Source: a virus
Lineage: Duplodnaviria > Caudoviricetes
Reading direction: 5' to 3' (one strand)
Length of the DNA stretch: 64,000 nt
Virus record (IMG/VR): IMGVR_UViG_3300033405_000003
Made by a program: the position numbers and the translations under genes. Below, piece by piece: positions 18,505 through 28,029 of the stretch (positions within the stretch are counted from its first letter, which is position 1; each line of letters starts with the position of its first letter). The notes beneath the pieces were generated by a model. It did no database searches, was not told the origin of the DNA, and saw only the letters and a program-made list of their open reading frames with translations.

Positions 18505-18861
18505 ATGGGGAGCCATTCGACGATCGAAGAGAGAGACGGGCAGGTCGTTCTTTTCCACCGCGTTTACGCCCACGAAGGATTCGAGGAGAGCGCGCGCGCC
18601 ATTTTCCGGGTCATCCAAGTCGCGTTGAAAGCCCAGCCAGGCAAGAAGCGGATCTTCTTCTTGCTCATCGATGGGCACCGGAACGCGGCGGGCGGTTTCG
18701 ACGCGGAGATGCTCGAGCTTCAGGGCGAATTTATGTTCAAGCACGTGATGCCGTTCCTCACGGAGATCCATATCCCGCTCGGCGCCTACCGGAACAGCAA
18801 GCCGCAGCGGGACGACGCCCCAGAGGGGGTGACCTTCGCGAGCGAAGCCGAAAAATTCTGA
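18505..18861 (+). CDS. Hypothetical protein
   Basis: GAGG SD. Confidence 0.65.
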   Translation: MGSHSTIEERDGQVVLFHRVYAHEGFEESARAIFRVIQVALKAQPGKKRIFFLLIDGHRNAAGGFDAEMLELQGEFMFKHVMPFLTEIHIPLGAYRNSKPQRDDAPEGVTFASEAEKF

Positions 18862-19064
18862 TGCCGAAGTGCCCGAAGTGCCACGGGACGGGACGCATCA
18901 AGGCCGAGCCCCTCACATATGCCGAGCGAGTGTTGCGCGTCCGGTACCCCTCGTGCGGCGCCCGCGCCCGCCAACTATGCCGCGGCTCGCAGAAACCGCG
19001 CGTCAAGACCCCGCACGTCGACCGCGTGGACGAGGCGAAGCGCCAGGGATGGGTGTCGCGGTGA
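18861..19064 (+). CDS. Small Zn-finger protein
   Basis: CPKCHGTG; coupled start. Confidence 0.55.
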   Translation: MPKCPKCHGTGRIKAEPLTYAERVLRVRYPSCGARARQLCRGSQKPRVKTPHVDRVDEAKRQGWVSR

Positions 19065-19143
19065 GCGACCCTTGACGGGCGGTTCGATCGATTTAGCTTG
19101 CAGGCGGTCCTCGAGCACTGTAGTCCCTTAGTCCTCTAGCACC

Positions 19144-19338
19144 ATGAGTAAACGGAAGAAGACGACGAACGGGGCCAGCCGGCGGCGACGCCCCGAGGGC
19201 GGCAAGAGGCTCGCGGTCCACCTCCCGCACGACACCGTGAGGCGCCTGCGCCTCCAGTGCGTCGAGGAGGACTGCTCCGTCTCCGACGCCGTCACGCGGG
19301 CGGTCGAGGGCTGGCTCGGCGAAAGGATCGGCAAATGA
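19144..19338 (+). CDS. Ribbon-helix-helix-like regulator
   Basis: RLAVHLPHDTVRRLRLQC...SVSDAVTRAV. Confidence 0.7.
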   Translation: MSKRKKTTNGASRRRRPEGGKRLAVHLPHDTVRRLRLQCVEEDCSVSDAVTRAVEGWLGERIGK

Positions 19339-19997
19339 CGGACGCAGCGAAGAGGACGTCGGTGTTCGGGTTCCTGAAGAACATCGTCGCCGAGGAAGTC
19401 CCCGACAAGCCCGCGCGGAACACCCCGCTCCCGGCCGAGATGCACCGCGCGCAGCAAGAGGCGCACGACGTCCTCCGCCAGGCCGGGGCCGCCCAGCCCG
19501 ACGCGCAGGCCCTCGCCAAGCTCGAGACCAGGCTCCAGGCCGCGTGTCCCGCGCCGTACGCCGCGTTCATGGAGCAGTACGAGCTTCTCAAGGAGGACAT
19601 CTCCGACGAGCGCACGCGTTTCAAGGTCGCCCTCAAGACCACGCACACGACGCCCGCCGACGTGACGGGCGCGCTCGACCAGCTCCTCTCGGTGATGCAG
19701 AAGGCGAAGGACGAGTTCCAGCACTCGTTCAACGAGGCCCGGGACAAGAAGATCGGCGCGGCCCAGGAAGCCATCACCGCGAGCGAGCAGCTTATCGCGT
19801 CGAGCGAGGAGCAGATCAAGGCTATCCAGGAGAAGATCGCATCGCTCAAGACGAAGCGCGAGACCGACATCCAGAACATGCAGGACGAGGCCCACCGGCT
19901 CGACGCCGTGCTCGGTGGGTTCAACGCCGCCCACGCGCAGGTTGTCTCGCGACTCGAAGACCAGAAGCGCCGCATCGACGCGATGCCGAAAGCATGA
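19335..19997 (+). CDS. Coiled-coil protein of ABC/OmpA cluster
   Basis: ATGA coupling; heptad-rich C-terminal half. Confidence 0.8.
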   Translation: MTDAAKRTSVFGFLKNIVAEEVPDKPARNTPLPAEMHRAQQEAHDVLRQAGAAQPDAQALAKLETRLQAACPAPYAAFMEQYELLKEDISDERTRFKVALKTTHTTPADVTGALDQLLSVMQKAKDEFQHSFNEARDKKIGAAQEAITASEQLIASSEEQIKAIQEKIASLKTKRETDIQNMQDEAHRLDAVLGGFNAAHAQVVSRLEDQKRRIDAMPKA

Positions 19998-21043
19998 CCA
20001 TGACCGAATCGAACAAGATGTCGGATCTCCTCAAGTCCCGCGAGGCGTGGGGCCGGAACCTCGTGACCCTCCTCCTCGTCGGCGCGATTGCCGCGACCGG
20101 GATCTACTACTGGGGCCTCATCGTCCCGTTCCTGCTCGAGATGGCGACGAACACCCTCAAGCTCGCGGGCGCATGCGCAGCGCTCGGCGCCATGCTCTGG
20201 GTGGTGCTCGACCCGAAGATGCGCACGCTCGCGCTCTACGGGTACCGGTCGCTCACGCGCTGGCTCACGCGGCAGTTCATCGACATCGACCCGATCGGGA
20301 TCCTCAACACGTACGTCGCGCGCCTCAAGGAGCGCCTCTCGGAGATGGAGGAGGCCATCGGGAGCCTCCAGGGGCAGCGCGACCAGCTCGCGTCCTTCAT
20401 CTCGAAGAACGAGGAGGAGCGCGTCCACGAGCTTCAGCGCGCCGCGCAGGCCAAGAAGATCATGGAGCAGGGCGGCGACAACGCCGCCGACATGCGCGGC
20501 CAGATGCAGCTCTCGGGCAGGCAGGCCGGTCGTCTCGAGGCCTCGAACAAGACGCTCTCGGCGCTCCTCGTCCGGATGGACAACCTCCTCAAGGCGCTCA
20601 AGAAGATGCGCGACACCTCGTCGATGCTCATGCAGGACATCCAGGCGGACGTGAAGCTCCGGACCGAGGAGTACAAGATGGTCACGAAGGGCTTCTCCGC
20701 TTTCCAGCGCGCGCAGAAGATGATGGCGTCGGGCGGGGCCGAGAAGGAACTCTACGACCAGACGCTCGACAAGCTCGCCGAGGACTACTCCGAGAAGATG
20801 GGACAGATCGAGTACTTCATGGAGGTCTCGAAGAGCATGATCAACGGCGCCGACCTCGATAACCTCGCGTACGAGGACAGCGCGCTCGCCCAGCTCGAGA
20901 AGTGGGAGAAGGAGGGCAAGAACCCGAACGTGCGCGTCTCGACCGACGCAACGTCGACGGTGAAGAACGTGCGCGTCGGCGAGGAGGAGGTCTCGCCCGA
21001 CAGCTTCTCGGAACTGTTCGAGAACAAGGACGCGAAGCGATGA
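19994..21043 (+). CDS. Two-TM coiled-coil protein (PspA-like C-terminal region)
   Basis: TM hairpin, IDPIGIL, long helical region. Confidence 0.8.
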   Translation: MTMTESNKMSDLLKSREAWGRNLVTLLLVGAIAATGIYYWGLIVPFLLEMATNTLKLAGACAALGAMLWVVLDPKMRTLALYGYRSLTRWLTRQFIDIDPIGILNTYVARLKERLSEMEEAIGSLQGQRDQLASFISKNEEERVHELQRAAQAKKIMEQGGDNAADMRGQMQLSGRQAGRLEASNKTLSALLVRMDNLLKALKKMRDTSSMLMQDIQADVKLRTEEYKMVTKGFSAFQRAQKMMASGGAEKELYDQTLDKLAEDYSEKMGQIEYFMEVSKSMINGADLDNLAYEDSALAQLEKWEKEGKNPNVRVSTDATSTVKNVRVGEEEVSPDSFSELFENKDAKR

Positions 21044-21306
21044 GGTCCCCCAAGACCAAGAAATTATGCAACGCCAAGATTCCGGCCATGACTGTCCGGT
21101 GTTGCTTGGCGAAGCATCACGGAGGGCTCCACGTCGTCCCCACCTGGGATCGGCTGCAGGTTCGATGCGGCGATCCGAAATGCGACTGCCAAGAGGCTGT
21201 CCCAAGGCCTCGCCAAGGCATGAGCTGCGGCGGAATCTCCACCGTCTGAATCCGTTGCTCGGATCGCGCCCAGGAAACGCGGCCGGGAAAAAGAAAGAGA
21301 AGGAAC

Positions 21307-23088
21307 ATGGCGATCAGAATCAAGCGTGGGCCCGTCGTCCTCATCGCGATCCTCGGTGCAGTGGGACTCTTCTTCGGCATCCGGGCCGTCGTCGGCAAGA
21401 TGCCCGGACATGAGGCCGAGGTCCCGAAGACGGCGGAGCTGCCGACGCTGAAAGAGAACACCGTGCAGAGCGCGTCGGTCCCGAAGACGCCGCTCCCGGG
21501 CACCGTCGCTACTGGCAAGGGTACGGACGTGCGCGCGATGGTGTGGGCGTGGAACGCGCAGATGGGCCTGCTCTACGCGAACGGCGGCGCCGACACGACG
21601 CAGGGCTCGCTCATGGCTGCACGCAACGTGAACCTCCACTTCACCCGCGAGGACGACACCAGCAAGATGGCCGCTCAGCTCATGGCCCTCGCGAAGAACG
21701 TCGCCAAGAACATCGAGGGGACGGACGGCGTGCACTTCATCACGCTCATGGGCGACGGCACTCCGAGCTGGTTCGCTGGGCTCAACGCGGACCTGAAGAA
21801 GATCTGCGCCGACTGCACCGCCGAGACCGTCGGCGTCCTCGGCTACTCGCGCGGCGAGGACAAGTTCATGGGCCCCGCCGAGTGGAAGGACAGCCCGAAG
21901 AAGGCCCAGGGCGCGCTCATCGCCGGCGTGATCCGCGACGGCGACTGGAACGTCGCCATGAAATGGGCCGGCGACAACGGCATCCTCAATAACCCCGACG
22001 AGACGACGTACGACCCCGACGCGCTCAACTGGGTGAACGTCGACAACTTTCTCGAGGCCCCGAAGAAGTACATCCTCGGCGTCTGCGAGGACCGTCCCGT
22101 CGTGCACCAGGGGCGCCGCACGGGCCAGACCAAGAACGTGTGCGTGAACGCCGTCGTCACGTGGACGCCCGGCGACGTCAACGTCGCGCAGCAGAAGGGC
22201 GGCCTCCAGTCGATCGTCTCGACCAAGGAGTACCGGAGCCAGATGCCGTGCGCGCTCATCGGCATCAAGAAGTGGGATCGGCTCCACCGCGACGTCGTCG
22301 AGGGCATCCTCCAGGCGTCCTTCGACGCGGCCGACCAGGTCCGCGCGTACCCCGACGCGCTCGCGCGCGCCGGCGAGATCAGCGCCGCCGTCTACAAGGA
22401 ATCCGACGGCCCGTATTGGGTTCGCTACTTCAAGGGCGAGACCGAGAAAGACAAGCAGGGGCTCATGGTGCCGCTCGGCGGCTCGTCGGTCTCGGACCTC
22501 GCCGACAACGCGCAGGTCTTCGGCCTCGCGCCCGGGTCCGTGAACCTCTTCGCCGCCACGTACACGACCTTCGGCGACATCGCCGTCCAGCAGTACCCGA
22601 AGATCGTGGGGAGCTACCCGCCCGTCTCGGACGTGCTCGACACGTCCTACGTCGAGGACCTCCTGAAGAAGGCTCCCGTCGCGACCACGTCCGCGGACGT
22701 CGCCACGTTCAAGAGCGGCGCTGCCATCACGAGCGTCGTCTCGAAGAAGAGCTGGAGCATCACGTTCCAGACCGGCAGCGCCGCGTTCTCCCCCGACGCG
22801 CAGAAGACCCTCGACGCGCTCGAGAAGGACCTCGTCATCACCGACCTCGTCATCGAGATCGACGGCCACACCGACAACACGGGCGACGCGTCCGGCAACA
22901 AGGCGCTCTCGCAGAGCCGCGCGAACGCGGTCAAGGACTGGCTCATGAAGCAGTCGACGACGAACTTCCCCGCCGACCGCTTCACCGTCAAGGCGTTCGG
23001 GCAGGACAAGCCCGTCGCGACGAACGACACGGAAGCCGGGCGCAGCAAGAACCGCCGCGTCGACGTCATCATGGGCACGGCGGAGTGA
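21307..23088 (+). CDS. Substrate-binding protein fused to OmpA-like domain
   Basis: N-terminal anchor; [26 protein letters not shown]. Confidence 0.9.
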   Translation: MAIRIKRGPVVLIAILGAVGLFFGIRAVVGKMPGHEAEVPKTAELPTLKENTVQSASVPKTPLPGTVATGKGTDVRAMVWAWNAQMGLLYANGGADTTQGSLMAARNVNLHFTREDDTSKMAAQLMALAKNVAKNIEGTDGVHFITLMGDGTPSWFAGLNADLKKICADCTAETVGVLGYSRGEDKFMGPAEWKDSPKKAQGALIAGVIRDGDWNVAMKWAGDNGILNNPDETTYDPDALNWVNVDNFLEAPKKYILGVCEDRPVVHQGRRTGQTKNVCVNAVVTWTPGDVNVAQQKGGLQSIVSTKEYRSQMPCALIGIKKWDRLHRDVVEGILQASFDAADQVRAYPDALARAGEISAAVYKESDGPYWVRYFKGETEKDKQGLMVPLGGSSVSDLADNAQVFGLAPGSVNLFAATYTTFGDIAVQQYPKIVGSYPPVSDVLDTSYVEDLLKKAPVATTSADVATFKSGAAITSVVSKKSWSITFQTGSAAFSPDAQKTLDALEKDLVITDLVIEIDGHTDNTGDASGNKALSQSRANAVKDWLMKQSTTNFPADRFTVKAFGQDKPVATNDTEAGRSKNRRVDVIMGTAE

Positions 23089-23091
23089 TAC

Positions 23092-23697
23092 ATGGGCTAC
23101 ACGACAAATTTCTCAGGCGAGTTCAAGATCGACAAGCCGCTCAAGCCGGAGCACACACAGTATCTCCGAGCGTTCGGAGAGACGCGGCGAATGGAGCGCT
23201 TGACCCAAGAAGACATGGACGCAGGTCGCCTTGAGAAGATCAAGCGGAACGCTTACCGAGCGGGAGCCGGAGATGGGTGGAGCCCATGCAACAGCATGCC
23301 GGACCCGGCACGCGTTGCCACTGGTCTTCCCATCGGGCCGAGCGGGGCGTACTTCGTCGGCGGCGCCGGCTTCGGTGGTCAGAGCAAAGACGATTCGATC
23401 ATCAACTACAACGAACCGCCCGAGGGACAGCCGGGGCTCTGGTGCCAATGGGTACCGAATGAGGAGGGCACTGCGATCGAGTGGGATGGTGGTGAGAAGT
23501 TCTACAACTACGTCGAATGGCTCCAGTACCTGATCCATCACTTCTTGGCGAAATGGGGTTACGTGCTCAACGGCGAAGTCGAGTGGGTCGGAGAAGACCG
23601 AAGCGACACCGGCAAGATCGTCGTCGAGAACAACGAGGTCACGACGAAACGAGGTCGCGTTGTCTACGATGACGACGACGAGGACGACGGAGGCTGA
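23092..23697 (+). CDS. Phage-type hypothetical protein
   Basis: MGYTTNFSG...WCQW...WDGGEKFYNYVEWL. Confidence 0.75.
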   Translation: MGYTTNFSGEFKIDKPLKPEHTQYLRAFGETRRMERLTQEDMDAGRLEKIKRNAYRAGAGDGWSPCNSMPDPARVATGLPIGPSGAYFVGGAGFGGQSKDDSIINYNEPPEGQPGLWCQWVPNEEGTAIEWDGGEKFYNYVEWLQYLIHHFLAKWGYVLNGEVEWVGEDRSDTGKIVVENNEVTTKRGRVVYDDDDEDDGG

Positions 23698-23848
23698 AAT
23701 GGGAATGACCCTTGGCGCCGAGAGCGTAGCGCTCCCTCAATAGAGCTAAGAGCTATTGCGTCAAGCATCGTAACGACTATCGACTTGCTAGGTGCGGATA
23801 GGTAACCGCCACACAAGAATCATCACAAGAGAAAGGAATTATAAAATC

Positions 23849-24688
23849 ATGCGTTCATCAAACAAGTCCATCAATCTGAAGCTGCCCTCCATCGAGGCAC
23901 ATAGTGCCTGCTACGCGCTCATCGGTACCGGTCCGATGCTGGTCCACGCATTCGGCCAGAAATCGTTCACCGAGATGCTCGAAAAGATGGTCGGCTGTCG
24001 CCAGGACGGTACGCCTCTCGACTCTGAACGCGAACCCAAGGATCTCGAGCGCGAGTTCGTGGACGCCCACGCATTCAACGAGCGGGGCGAGGAGGTGATC
24101 CCTTGTCGATGGATCAAGGCCGGTATGCTCACGGCCGTCGCCGCGAGTCGAAAGCAACTCAACGCTTCGGCGATGCGGCGCGCGGTTCGCGTGACGGGCT
24201 TCACCTCTCCCATCCTCGACCCAAAGGGTCGCAAGGCCGCCACAGCCGAACTTCAGCACGACGTCGTCCGCGTCGGCTCTTGGTCGAACCGCACTCCCGA
24301 CGTCCGCGCACGGCCGCGCTACGATGAGTGGATGATCGAAATCGTCGTCAAGGTGATCGTCGATCAGGTTCCCATGGAACACGTGGCCTGGGCGCTCTCC
24401 GCCATGGGCGAGCTGGTCGGTCTCGGCGACTGGCGAACGGAAAAGAACGGTGAGTACGGCTTTTTCAAGATCAAGGGCCTTCACGTAAACGAAACCGATC
24501 GCATCATGAAGGCTTGCTCTTCACCCGAGCGTAGGCTCGTCATCCCGCCCGCACTCATGACGGCAATGAAGACCAAGGGCATTACCCAAGCTCAGGTGCA
24601 CGAAGAGATGGAGCGCATCAAGGGTGGTGGCAAGAACAAAAGCAAGAGCCGCTCGAACGGTGCTCAGTCCCACGGCGAAGTGTCATGA
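23849..24688 (+). CDS. Stand-alone RAMP/Cas7-like RNA-binding protein
   Basis: GAAAGGA SD; LIGTGPMLVH, IPCRWIKAGM, RARPRYDEW, Gly-rich loop GELVGLGDWRTEKNGEYGFF. Confidence 0.8.
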   Translation: MRSSNKSINLKLPSIEAHSACYALIGTGPMLVHAFGQKSFTEMLEKMVGCRQDGTPLDSEREPKDLEREFVDAHAFNERGEEVIPCRWIKAGMLTAVAASRKQLNASAMRRAVRVTGFTSPILDPKGRKAATAELQHDVVRVGSWSNRTPDVRARPRYDEWMIEIVVKVIVDQVPMEHVAWALSAMGELVGLGDWRTEKNGEYGFFKIKGLHVNETDRIMKACSSPERRLVIPPALMTAMKTKGITQAQVHEEMERIKGGGKNKSKSRSNGAQSHGEVS

Positions 24689-25275
24689 CGTCGACAAAGA
24701 AAGGGGCTCGCGTCAACAAAGTGCGGGCCCCTAGGATCACTGCGAGGGGCAAATACACGGTCGAAGAGATCCGTGAGGCCTGGATCATCTTCACCGAGAT
24801 GACTGGCGGCGGAGATTGGCGAAACTCGCTCACACCCGAGTTTGTGCTCGAACAGGTGCTCGCCGACAAGTCACACCCGTTGAGGCGTTACCTCGAACGT
24901 GACGTCGAGAAGGCTGCTCATCAACATTGGATCAGCCAAATCGGCCATCTGATGAATGAGGTCCGCATCTCAGTCATCGTCACTCAAGAACCTGGCAAGG
25001 TCATCCGCGTGCAGACGCGTTCGCTCGTGCACATGCCGAGGACCGCGACTCGCGACGCGGGGCGCCGCCCTCTCCGGCAGATTCGCAAAACGAAAGAGGA
25101 TCGTGACGCTCTGGCAAGGATTCGCGCGCAGTATCTACGATCCTGGGTCGGAGCGACCGAGGCACAGCTCGCCGCCATCGATGCCAACCAGTCAGCGCTT
25201 GTGGCGTTGCTTTCAGATGTGAAGCGAGCGCTCAGGCGCTTCGACGACTCTCTCAACATCGATGCTGCTGAATAA
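24685..25275 (+). CDS. Partner protein of the RAMP locus
   Basis: ATGA coupling to RAMP gene; LTPEFVLE...HPLRRYLERDVEKAAHQHW. Confidence 0.75.
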   Translation: MTSTKKGARVNKVRAPRITARGKYTVEEIREAWIIFTEMTGGGDWRNSLTPEFVLEQVLADKSHPLRRYLERDVEKAAHQHWISQIGHLMNEVRISVIVTQEPGKVIRVQTRSLVHMPRTATRDAGRRPLRQIRKTKEDRDALARIRAQYLRSWVGATEAQLAAIDANQSALVALLSDVKRALRRFDDSLNIDAAE

Positions 25276-25282
25276 CGTAAGA

Positions 25283-26030
25283 ATGGACTGTAATAGGGGA
25301 AAGGAAGGGACAGGACTGGACGGTATAGGAGTGGAACGGCCGGTAACGGAGCCGACAGGAGAGTAATGGATCGACAGGAGAGTAATGGATCGGCCGGTAA
25401 ATGGAACTGATTGGAAGCGAGCGGAACGGACGTGGCGGGATCGGTGTGGAGCGGATCGGCCGGTAATGGATTGGACGGGACATGAACGTATTGGAGTCGA
25501 AGTGACAGGACTGGCCGGAAAAACGGAATGTATCGTAGGGGAACCGAACGGAACAGAATCGAACGGACCGGCCGGAAATGGAATCGATGGGAATGGAGTG
25601 ACGAGGAAAGGATCGTAAGGGATAGGACAGGACCGGAACGAGAATTGGTCGGAAAATGGATAGGAGCGAGCGGAGGCGTGAGGGAACGAAGCGGCCGGTC
25701 AAAAGGGAGCGGATGGAGAGGAATGGAGAGGAAAGTACAGGAACGGTTGATAATGGAACGAAGACGACCGGACTGGCCGGAAAAGCGGAATGTATCTGGA
25801 GAGGATAGGATAGGAAAGAAGGGAACAGGATCGGCCGGATAGCGGAATCGAGAGGACAGGCCAGTACAGGGAACGGACCCGATAGGAGGCGAGTCGACTG
25901 GAGTGGAAACGGAAGGGCCGGAAGAGGAATGAAATGAATGGACTGGAGCGGCCGGAGAACAGGAACGGAATCGATCGGATAGGAAGCGATCGTATCGGAC
26001 GGGAGTGGAAAGGCCGGACAGTGGAAAGAA
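25283..26030 (+). repeat. Non-coding NN-GGA pentamer array with GGCCGG punctuation (putative guide-RNA array)
   Basis: 5-nt periodicity; exact GGCCGG at 25338, 25392, 25458, 25513, 25570, 25693, 25775, 25833, 25916, 25950, 26012 and GGTCGG at 25647. Confidence 0.9.
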
Positions 26031-26067
26031 GCGAGATCACTTCTCTACGAAGGATGGAAACCTGAGC

Positions 26068-26220
26068 ATGAGCAAAACGGCAAGAATCGAATACGACGAC
26101 GACGTGCTCAACATCATCGTCGCTGTCAACGAGATCCTGAAGGATCGCAAGCTAGAGGTCATCTTCGATGGAGAAGAGCACGATGGGTTCGAGATCATCT
26201 TGTTAAAGGACCTTTCCTAA
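26068..26220 (+). CDS. Small acidic protein
   Basis: Coupled to permease start. Confidence 0.55.
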   Translation: MSKTARIEYDDDVLNIIVAVNEILKDRKLEVIFDGEEHDGFEIILLKDLS

Positions 26221-26999
26221 TGGCCTTCCGCGACGCCTGGATCCCCAACGGTCGCGTCTCGAAGCGCGTGCACTTCATTCTCGGTGCTGGCACCGTTGCG
26301 CTCTTCTTCATCGCGTGGGGCCTGCGACCGACGTTCATGCCCGGACCTATGGACGTTCTTCGCGCGTACCCGCGGCTCGCGGACCAGGGACTCGCTCAGC
26401 AGCTCTTCGTGAGCCTCACGACAAATTTCCAGGCCATCGGTCTTTCGTGTCTGCTCACGATTCCGCTCGCGTACCTCACGGTGCTCCCAGCCGCGAGGCC
26501 CTTCGTGCGCACGCTCTCGAAGATGCGTTTTTTGGGACTCACGGGCCTCACGGTCGCCTTCACGCTCGCCTTTGGCGGCGGCCACGCGCTCAAGGTCGCG
26601 CTCCTCGTGTTCGGCATGGGCGTCTTTCTCGTGACGAGCCTCTACGACGTCGTCGAGGCCATCCCGAAGGAAGAGTTCGACCACGCGCGCACGCTCCGCA
26701 TGTCGCCGTGGGGCGCCGTCGTCGAGATCGTCGTGCTCGGCCATCTCGACGCGGTGCTCGACGCCGTCAGGCAGAACGCGGCGATGGGCTGGGTGATGCT
26801 CACGCTCGTCGAGGGTCTCGTCCGCTTCGAGGGCGGCCTCGGCTCGATGATGCTCGCCGAGGACAAACACGTCGCGCTCGATGCCGTCTTCGCGATCCAG
26901 CTCCTTGTCCTCGTCGTCGGCGTGCTCCAGGATCTCGCGCTCTCGTGGCTTCGGCGCATCCTCTGCCCGTATGCGAGCCTCACGCTGGAGCGACAATGA
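26220..26999 (+). CDS. ABC transporter permease (NitT/TauT-like)
   Basis: Multiple TM; EAA-like EEFDHARTLRMS. Confidence 0.9.
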   Translation: MAFRDAWIPNGRVSKRVHFILGAGTVALFFIAWGLRPTFMPGPMDVLRAYPRLADQGLAQQLFVSLTTNFQAIGLSCLLTIPLAYLTVLPAARPFVRTLSKMRFLGLTGLTVAFTLAFGGGHALKVALLVFGMGVFLVTSLYDVVEAIPKEEFDHARTLRMSPWGAVVEIVVLGHLDAVLDAVRQNAAMGWVMLTLVEGLVRFEGGLGSMMLAEDKHVALDAVFAIQLLVLVVGVLQDLALSWLRRILCPYASLTLERQ

Positions 27000-27220
27000 C
27001 GGAACCGTCGAAAAAGACACACGGCGCTGACGCACTCGACTCGATGCTCCCGACTGAACTACTCACAATCGCCGGGTGGCTGGAGGCTCGCGTGAAAGAG
27101 ATGAGACCCGACCGCTCTTCCATCCAAGAAGAATACGGCTGCGATCTCGTCATGCTTCTCGACAATCTCGCCAAATCCATCCTCCTTGACCGGGCAGAGA
27201 AGAAGGCGAAGTCCAGATGA
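26996..27220 (+). CDS. Hypothetical protein
   Basis: ATGA coupling on both sides. Confidence 0.55.
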   Translation: MTEPSKKTHGADALDSMLPTELLTIAGWLEARVKEMRPDRSSIQEEYGCDLVMLLDNLAKSILLDRAEKKAKSR

Positions 27221-27624
27221 ATCCCAAGCAGCTCAACGACGCCATCGACCAGTACTTCACACTCGAGAAAGCCATCAAAGAGGCTCTCGGGTGGGTCGAC
27301 AGTTGGAAAGTGATCCCGCTCGAGGATGAGCGCGATTCCTACTGGATGGTTGCCGGTGGTGACAAGCTCACTGGCAGGGGCTCCTCGATTGTTCGTTCGC
27401 CGAAACCCATCACGTCGGCCATGGCCGAGGAAGGTAAGGAGATCTACAGCGGCCACGTCTACACCCAGCGCGACCACGACTGCTGGATCCTGAGAGCCGG
27501 GAACGACGTGCTCGTCCCAGTCGACACGCAGACCGACGGCAACATTTTCCTCTACCTGCTCGACGCCGCGAAGGAGATTCACGACGTGGATGCCGAACAG
27601 AATTATCTCGAGTGCTGGGGTTGA
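27217..27624 (+). CDS. Hypothetical protein
   Basis: ATGA coupling. Confidence 0.65.
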   Translation: MNPKQLNDAIDQYFTLEKAIKEALGWVDSWKVIPLEDERDSYWMVAGGDKLTGRGSSIVRSPKPITSAMAEEGKEIYSGHVYTQRDHDCWILRAGNDVLVPVDTQTDGNIFLYLLDAAKEIHDVDAEQNYLECWG

Positions 27625-27651
27625 GAATCACGAAAGAGAAGGAGAGAGAAC

Positions 27652-28026
27652 ATGATCAAGGGTCAAGTCCATTCGAAGTTCAAGGTGTTCATCTCAGAAG
27701 CCGGGATGCCGTACGGAGATGCGATGCACAAGATCGCCACCGAGGTCGAGAAATTCTCTTGTACCGGTACTACGGCGATCAAGAGTGTGGGTGTCGAGTA
27801 CCTCGAAAGCTCGAAGCAGCTCGTGCTGTCACTCGGTTATCGCGACGGCGAGACGGGTTATCCCGTCAAGCTCACGACTGTTTTGCTCGGTTCTCTCGAT
27901 CTCGATCCCGAGGAGATCGAGGAGATGATGAGCAAGACAGCGGACACTGTCGAGAACGTCATCTGCCACGAGTTCTTCGTCACGGGCGACGGTCAGTTCG
28001 TGATGGTGCTCCTCTCGCACGGATGA
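27652..28026 (+). CDS. Hypothetical protein
   Basis: AAGGAG SD. Confidence 0.7.
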   Translation: MIKGQVHSKFKVFISEAGMPYGDAMHKIATEVEKFSCTGTTAIKSVGVEYLESSKQLVLSLGYRDGETGYPVKLTTVLLGSLDLDPEEIEEMMSKTADTVENVICHEFFVTGDGQFVMVLLSHG

Positions 28027-28029
28027 CAA

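Noticed and set aside
25523-25830. Decoded peptides for the middle array segments (e.g. GVIVVVPEIV, RGSVIHVWLSIS)
   Set aside because: No motif I can confidently recognise and several have register slips; left unassigned pending a search
25283-26030. Canonical CRISPR array or simple microsatellite
   Set aside because: No 23-50 bp repeats with unique spacers; the dinucleotides vary too much for a slippage microsatellite
25253-26040. ORFs 25253-25702(-), 25385-25618(+), 25528-25842(+), 25699-26040(-)
   Set aside because: Low-complexity translations produced by the pentamer array; no SD or host-like codon bias
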